In this document: positions 1 through 12,935 of the stretch, in pieces | Numbering within the stretch: the first letter of the stretch is position 1 | Layout: the number at the start of each line of letters is the position of its first letter | NCBI GenBank assembly: GCA_964016885.1 | Contig: OZ024742.1 | Coordinates: 285,200,001 to 285,264,000, forward strand | Direction: 5' to 3' | Length of the DNA stretch: 64,000 bases | Source of the DNA: Eledone cirrhosa | Lineage: Eukaryota | Made by a program: the position numbers and the translations under genes | The notes under the pieces: model-generated | Database searches by the model: none | The model's input: the letters and a program-made list of their open reading frames with translations, nothing else | What the model was told of the DNA's origin: nothing

Positions 1-1163
1 CTACGTAAGTCTTCCACCTTCAGCGCCCAGGTCTCACTACCATGCAACATCGCTGTTCGGATACACGCATCATACAGTCTGCCTTTCATTCTGAGGGAGA
101 AGCCTTTTGCAGCTAGCAGTGGTAGTAGTTCCCTAAACTTCTTCCATCCCGTTCTTACCCTAGTTATTGTACTTTCTGAGCACCCACCTCCGTTGCTAAT
201 TCGGTCACCTAGGTAGCAGAAGCTGTCTACTGCTTCTACAGGGCCCTCCCAGAGATTGGTGGTACTTGTTTCCTGTGGCTGTTTGCTTGCTGTTTCAGCA
301 CAGCTGTTGCATGTGAATCCTACATTCTTAATTAAGCTTCCTGAGATCCCGCTACATCTCTTGTGTACCCATTGTTTGCATTTGGGGCAGAGAATGGAGT
401 TCCTACCTACACCTTTCCTACATACTGAGCAAGGCCATTTCCCTGAGGGGATCTGGGTTCTGTTTTCTCGTCTACTTATAAGGACCTTAGTCTTTGTCAT
501 GTTGACTTTGAGGCCCTTTCTCTCTAGTCCCTGCTTCCAGGTTTGGAATTTATTCTCTAGTTCTACCATAGATTCAGCTATGAGTGCGAGGTCATCAGCA
601 TACAGGAGTTCCCATGGGCATCCGGTCTTAAACTCCTCCGTTATTGCCTGCAGGACTATGATGAACAGGAGAGGGCTAAGAACAGAGCCCTGGTGGACCC
701 CAACCTGTACGCTAAATTCCTCGCTATACTCATTGCCAATCCTAACTTTGCTGACTGCTCCCCTATACATGGCTTGTACCGCTTTCACAAGCCATTCATC
801 TACTCCTAGTTTTCTAAGAGCCCACCAGATTACTGCACGTGGAACTCTGTCAAAGGCTTTCTCAAGGTCGACAAATGCCAAGTAGAGTGGCTTACTTTTA
901 GCTAGGTACTTTTCCTGTAATTGCCTCACAAGGAAGAGGGCATCAGTGGTGCCTTTCCCTGGTACAAACCCAAATTGCATCTCGTCTATATTCACCCGGT
1001 CCCTAATCAGCTGTGCTATAACTCTTTCTGTTACTTTCATGACCTGGTCCATCAATTTTATACCTCTATAGTTTCCTCTATCTAGTGCATCGCCTTTACC
1101 TTTGTAGCAGTTGACAATTATGCTACTGCACCAATCTTTTGGTATGGCCCCCTCTAGTATTAC
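1..1163 (-). mobile_element. RTE-clade non-LTR retrotransposon, 5'-truncated RT region running off the left edge
   Basis: Manual minus-strand translation gives IPKDWCSSIIVNCYKGKGD..NYRGIKL..QFGFVPGKGTTDA..LAFVDLEKAFDRV..GVHQGSVLSPLLF..LLYADDL..KWPCSVC..WVHKRC. The + strand ORF 256..885 is its antisense shadow. Confidence 0.92.
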
Positions 1164-1398
1164 CTAAATACTAAAGAATAATTTAGGAATATTGTTATTA
1201 ATAGAGATGGAGAAAGGAGCATTATACCAGATTATGTTTTTGTATCTAGGTCTTTTATTAAAGTTATTGGAATGATCATGATTAATTATTCTACTGTAAT
1301 TTCTTCTAGAATTTGTTTCTTTACTATATTTGATTTTATCAGGATAGCCGGCTTTAGAAAGCGCGTTATTATAGTAATTGGCGTTAGCATCAAAGATG
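1164..1398 (-). pseudogene. Fragment of a Hydra-clade-like PLE ORF (RT thumb/linker), abutting the RTE
   Basis: YYNNALSKAGYPDKIKY..NIIWYNAPFSISINNNI aligns with YYNDALRKAGYCEKIEY..EYIWYNPVYNISISTKI in ORF 8298..10046. Confidence 0.8.
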
Positions 1399-1420
1399 TT
1401 ATATATATATATATATATAT

Positions 1421-1750
1421 ATATTGGAAAATGTGTGTAATCCTTGGTACAGTTAGGTATATTAAGACAGGGGGGAAGAAAAAATGGCTTCACTTGTGCT
1501 TTCAACAAATTTATTTTCTTCACAAAATCCAAAAAGAATTATTTTCCGGATTAGAAAAATTTGTTTTTCTTTTAAAAAAAAAAAAAAAAATTATTTTATA
1601 AATTAAGTTGTTGGTTGTTGGTTAGGTCTTAGGAGTTCTTGGTTAACGTAGGAGGTATTGTTTCGTTTTTAGAAAGACCTTTCACGCTGAGGTGCGCTTG
1701 TCAAACTGATGTGTATGTGGTGTGTTGTTCTATATATAGAGATTTAACAT
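1421..1750 (-). repeat. 3' pseudo-LTR of PLE1
   Basis: Near-identical to 6905-7215 (atattggaaaatgtgtgtaatcc...gatttaacat), differing mainly in homopolymer lengths. Confidence 0.9.
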
Positions 1751-2063
1751 GTCTGTGGTGTGGTGGGGGTTTCTTTTCTCCCCCTTTAATAAGTGCATGG
1801 GTGTAGGTGTGTTGAAAAAGTGTTCATAGCAGTAATGAGTTGAGACGGTGAGTAGGGTTGGGTGGGGAGAAATGTAGCAAGTGCGGCCTGCCCCGGTCAT
1901 TCTTGAAAAATTCCTTTATTCAGGGGAAAAAGCTTTTAGTATTGCTTTTGTGTTGAGAATGGTCACAGGCAAATCGCACCTGTCAAGTTTGTGAATAATT
2001 ATTTTTTTCTTTTTTTCCTGAAGAATTTTTCTACGTCCATCCCAAAGTTAGTCCTTTGTTCAA

Positions 2064-2270
2064 CATATACATATGTGCGCATATACGTACATACACACAC
2101 GGGCATATGTAGGAATATATAGGCACACACCATCAATCACACACCCATGTACAAATACATCCACATACATACACAAAAACATATAGAGACACATATAAAA
2201 ACACACATACACATACGTACACACACGAATATGTACTCATACCTCCACATGGGTATATATATATACATAT

Positions 2271-2301
<31 letters not shown>

Positions 2302-3050
2302 CATACATATACACATACACACACACATATATATATACACACACACATATATATATATATATATACATATATACATACATATACATACATACATATACAT
2401 ACATATACACACATAAAGATACATAACTAAATATACATATATACACATACACGCACACATACACACACACACACACGCACGTGTATACACACACACACGC
2501 ACGTGTATACACACACACACACACACACATATACACATACATATACACATACATATATATCCATATACATATATATACACATACATATACACACACATAT
2601 ATATATATATATATATACACATACATACACATACACATACACATACATACACATACACATACACATACAAGTACATACATACACACATACATACACATAC
2701 ATGTACATACATGCATATATATATATATATATACATATATACACATATATACATACATATATATATACATATATATACACATACACACACATACATACAC
2801 ACATACATATATACATATATATATATGTGCGTACACACGAGCACATAAAGACACATATACACATACACATATATATACATATATATACATATATATACAC
2901 ATACATCTACATACATACATACATATACACAAACAGAAACATACACATATGTACACACATATATACATATATGCACATACATACACACACACACACATAT
3001 ATATAGGTACATACACATACATACACACACACATAAACATACATATCTAT

Positions 3051-3133
<83 letters not shown>

Positions 3134-3195
3134 TATACAAACATACACATACATACATGTACATATACACATATATACACACATACACACATACA

Positions 3196-3229
<34 letters not shown>

Positions 3230-3259
3230 CACACACACATACAAACATACACACATCCA

Positions 3260-3304
<45 letters not shown>

Positions 3305-3365
3305 ACACCCACATACATATATACCCACACGTACATACATCCATACATCCCTACACACATATATG
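2064..3365. repeat. Degenerate (CA/TA)n tract inside the 3' region of PLE1
   Basis: ~1.3 kb of mixed acac/atat between the GIY-YIG stop (3456) and the 3' pLTR. Confidence 0.95.
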
Positions 3366-3455
3366 TGTGTCTCACCGTTCACTCAGATATTCATGTGTAC
3401 ACATAAGAAGAGGGGGGGGGGGTAGTGAAATGGAATTTTACCTCCGAGTGTTAAT

Positions 3456-5766
3456 TCATTTTTTCGTGTTCAGTAGTGGTTTAAATTTTTCAATGAAGAA
3501 TTCTTCTTTATATCTGCGGAAATGTTCGTTATCCGACCATATCTTGAAGAAAGGGAAGATTGTGTATTTTCCCTTCCCGCATGATGCAAAGTGTGCGCTA
3601 CATGTGGTATTTCTGACTGTGGGGTCTTTAATTTGTTGTTTATGTACCCGGACTCTATCATGTAATCCCGTTCCGGTTTCCCCAATGTAATACTTTTTAC
3701 ACTGTGGACATGTTGCGCAATATATTAGGTTTTTCGTTTTGCAGTTCATGTTAGCATTGACCTTGAAATTATCATGGTTTTTGAAGGACAACTGTTTGCC
3801 CTCTTCGATGAGTTCACAGTTTCCAAATCTAGGGTCCCCGCATTTCGTCACTTGCATTGATTCCATGTTGGTCGTAAATTTTGCCTTGGTAATTAGTTTT
3901 TTAAGGTTAGGTGCTTGGCGTCTGCTATAAATTATCTGTGTGTTTTTTAAGAGTGCATTCATTTTGGTAGATTGCTGTAGAATCGGGAGATACTGCTTAG
4001 CTGTTTTCACAATGTTGATGTTCCCTGGGTTGTGAGTGATGACAAAAGAGATAGCAGGGTTTTCTTTTTTATGTGTGTGGGTTTGGTTTTCTCAGTGTTG
4101 TTATTGGGATGTTCTTAGCCTTGGAGATGGCTGCGTTGATGAGTTCCATCGGGTATTCTTGTTTTTTAAGGAATTTTTTCAGGTCACATAATCTTTTTTC
4201 TTGTAGTACGGGGTGTGTTGCTATAGTGCAGATGCGCCTTGCCATGTTGAAGGGAATGTTCCTTTTCGTATGTGAGGGGTGTGCTGACCGGAAATTTAAG
4301 TATTGGTGTGTGTCAGTGGGTTTGCAAAATAGGTCCGTTATGATATTTTCCCCTTCTTTAATGATGAGGATATCTAGAAAGGGCAGTTCCTTTTCGTTAC
4401 ATTCCATAGTGAATTGTATAGCTTCATGAAGCCTGTTTAGGATCGAATAACATTTTTGTAGGTCTGTTTGGCTTCTGTTCCAGAAGATGAAGCAGTCATC
4501 TAGGTAACGTTTCCAGTTTTTATTAATGTAGAAGGCGAAGTCGTGACTGAATGTTATCTGTAGTTGGGAATATAATTTTGCCTCTAAGTGACCCATAACG
4601 AGCGTTGCATATGTAGGGGCCACTTTGGTACCCATGGCTGTTCCTTTTATTTTTAGATAAAGTTCGTTGTCAAAGAGGAAGTGGTTGTTTTCCAATACTA
4701 ATTTAAGTCCTTCCAAGATGAATTCTTTGGGGAATCTTTCTGAAATGTGACTTGAGTGTTTTGTAATCCAGAAGTCCACAGCTTCAATCCCTAAGTCGTG
4801 TGGGATGTTAGCGTACAGGCTTATTACATCAAAACTGACTAGGATTGTATCCTGGTGTACTTTTTGGGGGATATAGTTAAGGAATTCCACATCATCTCTG
4901 ATGTAGCTTGGAACTTTTTTACATAGGGGTTTGAGTATGATGTCTAATAGGTTGCTTAGACGTTGTGTGCTTGAGGCTGGGCCAGCAATAATGGGGCGTA
5001 ATTTTAAGTCTGTCGGTTTTGGTGCTTCGATGTATGATGTATTTTTCCCTTTTATGTTGTTTTGGATTTCTATGGATTTGTGAATTTTTGGTAATCCATA
5101 GAAATTGCTGGTTTTTATTTCGAAGTTCTTTTGGTGTTAGGTTGTTTTGGTACTTTGTTGTTAGTTTGCCTATTTGGTTCCTCGATTTCCTTTCTTCGTT
5201 TTTAGTGATTTTCCTGTAGAAGTTTTCGTCATTCAAGTGTGCTAGGACCATATCTTTGTAGTGGTTTGTGTCCATGATGACGATTGCTCCACCTTTGTCC
5301 GCTTCTTTTATTATTATTGAGGAATCTCTTTGTAGCTTGTTCAATGCTAGTAGTTGGTCTGTAGGGATGTTGCATTTGTGTTTCGTCTCGGCCGTATTTG
5401 TACGTGCTGATCGGCGAAGGCAGGTTATGTATTCCTCCAGGTATTTATCTCTATTTCGCGGGGGTGTGAAGTTCTTTTTGTTTTTCACCAGTGATTCTTC
5501 CTCGTATTGTACACCCTGGAAGAATTCTCCTAAGCGTAATTTTCGACAGTATTCTTCTGTGTCTTTAATAACATCGGCTGTATCTGCTTTCGGAGTGGGA
5601 GTGAACTTCAGTCCATTTTCAAACAGTTGTATTTTTGGTTGTATTAATTTCTTGGCTGATATATTGATTATTTTTGGTTCGATTGGTTCTTTCTCGTCAG
5701 GTGCCACTTGAAAGGTGGTGCTTTTTTCTTTTTTTCTTTCATTTGGTGCGAGGCCCCTAGTCCTAA
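3456..5766 (-). pseudogene. PLE1 pol (RT + GIY-YIG endonuclease), frameshifted
   Basis: ORF pieces give IINIS..GLKFTPT..IKEADKGGAIV; FYGLPKIHKS and RPIIAG in an alternative frame; SFDVISLYANIP; GTAMGTKVAPTYA; RYLDD; LPFLD; HPSHTK..IP; and [31 protein letters not shown]. Confidence 0.92.
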
Positions 5767-6881
5767 AAAATGGGTGCCATTTGGGATAGGGGTGTTTCTG
5801 TTGTGGTGAAAACTTTGGCCCGCCGGAACTTCATGTCGGTAACTGGTTGGGCGATAGACTCTTGCGTGGCCGTTGCTGTATGGGGTCTGGTTCTTCTGTT
5901 GATTCGTTCAGTATTCATGTGTCTTTGATTTTGTCTCCGGTGATTGTTCTTGGTGTTATGGCAGTGGTTGTATCTGGTTCTGGTGTTGAGTATTGGGTCT
6001 GTATGTAGTTGTGTGTTTGGGGTTACCCAATATCTGGTTGTTGTTGGTTTATTGTGTGTGGGTGCTTCATTTCTTGTGTTGTTGTATTTTCCTGAGTTCT
6101 GGGGTTTCCTATGGGTTTGTTTTCTGGGTTTTATTTGGTCTTTCCCATAGTTATCTTCATATTCTTGAAGCCATTGAGTTCTTGACTCCAAGATTTTCTT
6201 TGATTTTAACTCCTCTCTAGTTGTATCTGTCTGCCATAGGTTAAGGAGTTTTTCACGTACATTGCCGCTGCTTCTTTTGTTTATTTCCCCTTGGATGGTG
6301 GTGTCGCATTTTTCTAATTTCTCTTTGAATTTTGGCACTCTTAGGCGGAGTAGGGTGATTTCGGTCTCAAGTGTTTGGAGTGCTAGATTTAGTCTTGTTG
6401 CAGTTTCTTCCTTTGATTCCGATGGTATTTCTTTAATTCGGAATTTTCTCGGGAGGATAACTGGTTCCTTGCTACGCCATATTTCGTATGTGTCTGCTAG
6501 GTTTTCACTCCTCAAGGCTTTCCAGTATGCCTGTTTCCTTTGATTTAATAGTTGGTTCCAAATGTTTTTCATTTGGTTTCTTTTTCTGTAGGCTTCTTTT
6601 TCTAGGTTCAGTTCATTCCATTCTTTGAATGCATTATTGGTGATGGAGTTCTGTTCATGTGTAGCTATTTCAGGAGAAAAGGTTTGTTCTTGTTTTTGCC
6701 GGTCTGTAATTAGTGAATCAAGTTTTTCCCTATAGCTGCGTGTTTGTTGTTCCATTTCTTGTACGGCATTCGTAAGGGAATCATATTTATCTATTATTAT
6801 GGTGAGTTTTTCTGATATTTCCTGTAGTAGTGTATCCGATTTGAGGGATTCAGTAGAGGATTTTGAACGTGTGTTAGCCAT
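5763..6881 (-). CDS. PLE1 ORF1, predicted coiled-coil/basic protein (~370 aa from ATG at 6881)
   Basis: Open frame starting MANTRSK just after the 5' pLTR, with heptad-like L/E/Q/K-rich segments (LTNAVQEMEQQTRSYREKLDSL; LQTLETEITLL) and an N/R/H-rich tail. Confidence 0.7.
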   Translation of the reverse strand: MANTRSKSSTESLKSDTLLQEISEKLTIIIDKYDSLTNAVQEMEQQTRSYREKLDSLITDRQKQEQTFSPEIATHEQNSITNNAFKEWNELNLEKEAYRKRNQMKNIWNQLLNQRKQAYWKALRSENLADTYEIWRSKEPVILPRKFRIKEIPSESKEETATRLNLALQTLETEITLLRLRVPKFKEKLEKCDTTIQGEINKRSSGNVREKLLNLWQTDTTREELKSKKILESRTQWLQEYEDNYGKDQIKPRKQTHRKPQNSGKYNNTRNEAPTHNKPTTTRYWVTPNTQLHTDPILNTRTRYNHCHNTKNNHRRQNQRHMNTERINRRTRPHTATATQESIAQPVTDMKFRRAKVFTTTETPLSQMAPIF

Positions 6882-6904
6882 TCTGTCTTGTACAAGGGGA
6901 TAGA

Positions 6905-7215
6905 ATATTGGAAAATGTGTGTAATCCTTGGTACAGTTAGGTATATTAAGACAGGGGGAAAGAAAAAATGGCTTCACTTGTGCTTTCAACAAATTTATTT
7001 TCTTCACAAAATCCCAAAAGAATTTTTTTCCGGATTAGAATTTTTTTTCTTAAAAAAAATTATTTTATAAATTAAGTTGTTGGTTGTTAGGTCTTAGGAG
7101 TTCTTAGTTAACGTAGGAGGTATTGTTTCGTTTTTAGAAAGACCTTTCACGCTGAGGTGCGCTTGTCAAACTGATGTGTATGTGGTGTGTTGTTCTATAT
7201 ATAGGGATTTAACAT
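6905..7215 (-). repeat. 5' pseudo-LTR of PLE1
   Basis: Direct repeat of 1421-1750. Confidence 0.9.
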
Positions 7216-7235
7216 ATATATATAAAGAATTTATT

Positions 7236-7352
7236 AGGTAACAATTGTTTCTATAGTGTATGGGTTACCTATACCTCGCTATTTGAATAATATAAAAATA
7301 TTATCATAAACCGAAGGTACACTGCAAGCAAACACACCATGTCGTCAGACCT
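7236..7352 (-). ncRNA. Type-I hammerhead ribozyme in the PLE2 3' pLTR (long stem II)
   Basis: AGGU-CUGACGA-[CAUGGUGUG...UACACUAUA]-GAAA-CAAUUG-UU^ACCU. Stem I AGGU/ACCU, palindromic stem III. Confidence 0.75.
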
Positions 7353-7762
7353 TTGTATTGGAATGATATGAAAATATTTTATACACTAGATAAAAGAGAA
7401 AGAAGGAGGTAGGAAGAGAAGGGGAAGAGGGAAGTGAGTAAGGGGGAGAGAGTCCTAGGATTTAAGACTGTCAGACTAGTAGAGATTGTAAGGAGAGAAT
7501 GTTTTGGCAGCAGTTAGCTTAATGAGGCGTGTTAGGGTTGGCGGGGGAAGTAAATTCTTCTAGTGGTGTTGTTTGGACAAAATTTAGTTAAAGGGGTCAA
7601 AGTGGTACAGAGTTACAGACAAGTTATTGGGGCTATTATAGTAGCAGGTTATTTCTAAAGGGGTCCAGAAAACAGTGTTTAGTACTATTATTATAGAAAG
7701 CCATATCTTGTGTATAAACATATAAAACAGAAATTTGCAAACGGTGGTGTAAAAAGGTAACA

Positions 7763-10046
7763 TTATATGCATTTAAAAAAAGAAAAAGTCGTTTTCAAAC
7801 GATGGTTACAGTATAGTGAACGTTCAATTTTGCTGTTCAAAAGTTTGTTTACCGACGTTAAAATGCAGTATATCTCCAAATTGCATAATTTACAGAATCG
7901 ATGATTTTGCTGATATGCAGGCGCAGCTGTAATAATTTGCCAATCAAGGGAGAATGCTTGATTGTTCCTCCGGAGCTGCCAGGCTTTATCGGCGAGGGTT
8001 GTTACGGAGCGCATTTTCTCGTGCCTGATCGAAGATCGATGTTGGTATAGGCGAGCTTTGAAAGAAGTTGCGGTACATCCGACGTAATACCATTTGTTGG
8101 TTCCGGAATTTATTGTACATTGGTAGACAATATTGCGTGCTAGGCACTGGTTATTCAGTGGGCACGTACCTGGTTTGGTGCAGTTACAATTATTTTTATG
8201 TTTTGCAGTAGTATCCTGGATAGTTTGGTGGGGTTGTAGTTGCGTGTTAGTGTGTTGTATGTTGCTATGCTGGTGCGCTGAGTCATTAGGGATGTACTTA
8301 TTTAGTATTGCTGAGTTGAGTTTTTTTAATTAGTTGTTCTATGTTAGGTGCAGTGGAGTATGAGAGTCTAATGGTGCGCGAGTTAAAGATTTTATAGTAT
8401 TTATGTGAAGTTGTAAAGTGTTTATTGATTAGTGTATAGAATTGTGAGATAATCTTAGTGCTAATAGAAATATTGTACACGGGGTTATACCATATGTACT
8501 CTCTACGTCTGACTCTATTTGCTGGTTTGCACCTATTAGTATGCCTATTGATGTGTGTGTGTGGTGCAATACTAGTTCGACTTAGATGTGTTTTATTCAT
8601 AGTACTTATGTGGTTATCGTCTAGATATTCTATTTTCTCGCAGTAACCAGCTTTTCTAAGTGCGTCATTATAATATTCAGCATGCTCGTTGAAGGTCTGC
8701 AAATTAGACGACAGTCGGGAGATCCTTATGGATATATTTTTAGGGATAGATTTAATAATGGAATGGGGATGGTTCGATTTTACATTAACGTACTTGAGAT
8801 TTTCATTAAGTTTGTGAAATGGCTCTATATTACTGTTATTAAGGTTGAAGGTGACATCCAAGAAGTTGACCACCTTAAGATTGTGTTCGAAGGTAATATT
8901 AAGCCCTAGTTCTAAGAAAAGTTTCCTAATGTTTTTACGTCGCCTTTCTAGGTTTTGTTTGTTCATATTCTTGACTAATAGAAGTGTATCGTCGCGGTAT
9001 ATTCCGCCGTGGAGGTCCGTAAATTCGCTCTGGAGTCTGTGGGCTATATAGATCCCAACCAGATCCGTGACCTCCGCCGAATCATTAGAACCCATCGTAA
9101 TGTCGAATTCCGAGGGTCTATCTCTGCGGACCCAATAACTATTTTCAAAATGCACTACTGTGCGTCTAGCTTCAAGTATAATATTAATTTCCTCGTTTGT
9201 GAGGTCCGAGTTAGTCTTAGCGAATGAGAGGGCCTTATGCAGGGTTTCGGGTGAAATAGAGGAATAGTATTCATCTATATCCAATTGAATAAAAGGAGAT
9301 TTGTTTTTGTCACTAATGTTATTGAACCATCTTATTGCCTGTTGAGTATTACCCCATAATTTAATATCTACCTTAGCCTTAACTTGGGGGATAATACGAT
9401 CTAATATGTACTTACTGATTCTACCTATATCGGACTTTGAAGGACATAGTAATCTAATTTTAGGGTTAGTATCGAAGTTATCCTTATGGTCCTTCAGATT
9501 AAAAGTCGGTGTAGCTGGAGATAGGGGTACCGTTCTGTCGTCAATTTTCAGTTTCTTAACAATATCACATGCTGCGTTATTAATGTTGGTTAGTGTAGTT
9601 GCGTTTGTTTTTTTGTACTTCCTATGTAATTCCTTACGTATAAAATTATTATATGTTTCTACATCCAGGGTGTATAGATTCGATGTTTTGTCTGCCTTTA
9701 TGATAATTCCTTTGGTATTCCTTAGGTTATCGAGTAGAGTTTTAATATCTCGTTGCAGTTCGTTTTTCCTTCCGTTTGTAAATTTGATTCCGGTTATCAT
9801 TTTCATTAAGTCCTGCTCGAAAGAATCCAAAAGAGGGTTAGAGGGTGGGTTTTTGTAGGATTTGAAACCAAACTTATCGTTGTTGGTGTCGGAAGTTTGT
9901 GTAATCCTTTTCCTATCGAAGTGGAAGGCCCTCCATCTAATCCGCCGAATAAATTCGTTGGTCCTTTGTATCATACCAAGAATGTATTCTTTTTTACCCT
10001 GAATGGGTATGTTTTTTAAGGACATACCACAATGATGTTTTTCCAT
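7763..10046 (-). CDS. PLE2 RT + GIY-YIG polyprotein with one frameshift in an A7 run near 8325
   Basis: SLKNIP..IRWRAFHF..FGFKS..IKADKT..LKDHK..RLLCPSKSDIGRISK..LDIDEYYSSI..FDITMGSNDSAEV..GIYRDD..FLDVT. After the shift: CNC..CPL..CL..IVYQC..YYVG..R..HR..CKLCNLE..LLNSKIE..CNH. Confidence 0.9.
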
Positions 10047-10250
10047 TTCAGAGACGTAGGTTGATAGGTTGCTCGACTGTAAAGGAGTGTGAAGAATTAG
10101 TAAATTTGTATTCCAATGTTACTAAGTAGTTGCATTGGATGGAGTCAACCGACGTCGGAGATTGCTCAACGTATAATAAAGTGTGTTTTAAAATCCGGAG
10201 AAAATATGGAGAAGTTTATGAAACGGAAATGCGGGTATAAAGAATTTATT

Positions 10251-10367
10251 AGGGAACAATTGTTTCTATAGTGTATGGGTTACCTATACCTTGCTATTTG
10301 AATAATATAAAAATATTATCATAAACCGAAGGTACACTGCAAGCAAACACACCATGTCGTCAGACCT
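10251..10367 (-). ncRNA. Type-I hammerhead ribozyme in the PLE2 5' pLTR
   Basis: Same motif as 7236-7352 with one stem-I change (CCCU). Confidence 0.65.
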
Positions 10368-10640
10368 TTGTATTGGAATGATATGAAAATATTTTATACA
10401 CTAGATAAAAGAGAAAGAAGGAGGTAGGAAGAGAAGGGGAAGAGGGAGTGAGTAAGGGGGAGGGAGTCCTAGGATTTAAGACTGTCAGACTAGTAGAGAT
10501 TGTAAGGAGAGAATGTTTTGGCAGCAGTTAGCTTAATGAGGCGTGTTAGGGCTGGCGGGGGAAGTAAATTCTTCTAGTGGTGTTGTTTGGACAAAATTTA
10601 GTTAAAGGGATCAAAGTGGTACAGAGTTACAGACAAGTTA

Positions 10641-11375
<735 letters not shown>

Positions 11376-11380
<5 letters not shown>

Positions 11381-11829
11381 GATATTAACAAATGGAAACT
11401 ATATTTATAAAACGATATTTATTTTATTATACATATTTCAAGGATACCATGTTAAATTATGGTATGCCTTCATCAGACAAAATACAATATATACCAGTTT
11501 TATAAATAAACATTGACGTACCCTTTCAAAATGCAACCGTTACTTTTGGAAGACATCATATCCTGATGTCTTCCAAAAGTAACGGTTGTATTTTGAAAGG
11601 GTACGTCAATGTTTATTTATAAAACTGGTATATATTGTATTTTGTCTGATGAAGGCATACCATAATTTAACATGGTATCCTTGAAATATGTATAATAAAA
11701 TAAATATCGTTTTATAAATATAGTTTCCATTTGTTAATATCGTATATTTACTCCAAATACTTGTCGAGTGCTTTATATCAGTTATAAAAATATTTGCTTG
11801 TTGTATCCCAACAATTTAAATAGAACTTT

Positions 11830-11833
<4 letters not shown>
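11376..11833. mobile_element. Fold-back hammerhead cassette, family A copy 1 (~180-bp arms + ~85-bp tail)
   Basis: 11380-11558 is the reverse complement of 11564-11742 (loop tatcc); flanked by (TA)n; homologous to 15611-16063. Confidence 0.88.
11631..11707 (+). ncRNA. Type-I hammerhead ribozyme (mirror copy on minus strand at 11416-11492)
   Basis: UAUUUUGU-CUGAUGA-[AGGCAUACCAU..AUGGUAUCCUU]-GAAA-UAUGUA-UA^AUAAAAUA. All three stems pair. Confidence 0.8.
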
Positions 11834-11883
<50 letters not shown>

Positions 11884-11887
<4 letters not shown>

Positions 11888-12935
11888 TTAACTTATTCCG
11901 TGTGCTTACAAATGTTTCCACGGTGGTAGTACATCCTAGTTATGCTATGTGCAAATTATCAACTATTTGCAGAACTCAAATATCAAATGCTGTGACCACT
12001 GTATCATCAGAGCAGAATGGTCATAATGTACAATGTAAATACCCTTAAGTGAGGTTCTTGGAGAAGATAGAGTAGAAAAGAAGAGAGAAAAGTAGGGGAT
12101 AGGGAGAGAGAGAGAGAGAGAAAGATATGCAGGGGTTGGAGAAATAAGAGAGCGTGGTTTGTACATATCTTAATCAAAATGTTGTGGTAGGAGTTTTATT
12201 ATACTGGTTACTTTTAGAGAGATGCGTTGATAGTCAAGGTTGGAATTATTTATTGCCCCAGAGGGCAGGTTCATAGATGTGGAGAGGGAGGGCGGTAGGT
12301 CAAAGGCGAGAGAGAGAGAGTGGAATGGATATAGAGGGAGAGATAGAGAGGGGACAGACGAGGTATATGGGGTGGCTGAACTTTGGGTTCGTAGTAGTAA
12401 TCCGCGAATTGCACTGAGTTACCATTTATAGTGATAAGCAGGGTATTGTCTTGTAGTGTGGGGGAAGAGAAGGTGGTTAGCTAGAAAGCGATGTTATAGT
12501 TACGGGTTCGAATGTTAAGTTATTTTATAGTGAGAGTATTATTTTATAATTCCAACCTTGACTATCAACGCATCTCTCTAAAAGTAACCAGTATAATAAA
12601 ACCCCTACCACAACATTTTGATTAAGATATCTACAAACCACTCTCTCCTATTTCTCCAACCCCTGCATATCTTTCTCTCTCTCTCCCTATCCCCTACTTT
12701 TCTCTCTTCCTTTTCTACTCTATCTTCTCCAATAACCTCACTTAAGGGTATTTACATTGTACATTTTAACCATTCTGCTCTGATGATACAGTGGTCACAG
12801 CATTTGATATTTGAGTTCTGCAAATAGTTGATAATTTGCACATAGCATAACTAGGCTGTACTACCACCGTGGAAACATTTGTAAGCACACGGAATAAATT
12901 ACCTTTTTTATGATGTCTACCTGTTATTATTCATT

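Larger units (their letters stand above)
1421..7215 (-). mobile_element. Penelope-like element 1 (Neptune-like), with pseudo-LTRs, inserted in (TA)n
   Basis: ~310-330 bp direct terminal repeats (1421-1750 and 6905-7215), TA runs on both sides, ORF1 plus RT plus C-terminal GIY-YIG inside. Confidence 0.9.
7221..10640 (-). mobile_element. Penelope-like element 2 (Hydra-clade-like), with ~405-bp pseudo-LTRs, inserted in (TA)n
   Basis: Direct repeats 7221-7627 and 10236-10640 are almost identical, enclose the RT-EN ORF and are flanked by TA runs. Confidence 0.92.

Noticed and set aside
256-885. 209-aa plus-strand ORF
   Set aside because: Antisense shadow of the RTE reverse transcriptase on the minus strand.
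2133-3690. Long YI/CV/HT-repeat ORFs here and at 10.6-11.2, 21-22, 29, 33, 51.5 and 58.5-64 kb
   Set aside because: Translations of di- and trinucleotide repeats that lack stop codons; no coding signal.
6965-7015. Possible hammerhead in the PLE1 pLTR (minus strand GUGAAGA..GAAAGCAC)
   Set aside because: C3 is G in both pLTR copies, there is no UH after stem III, and stem II is weak.
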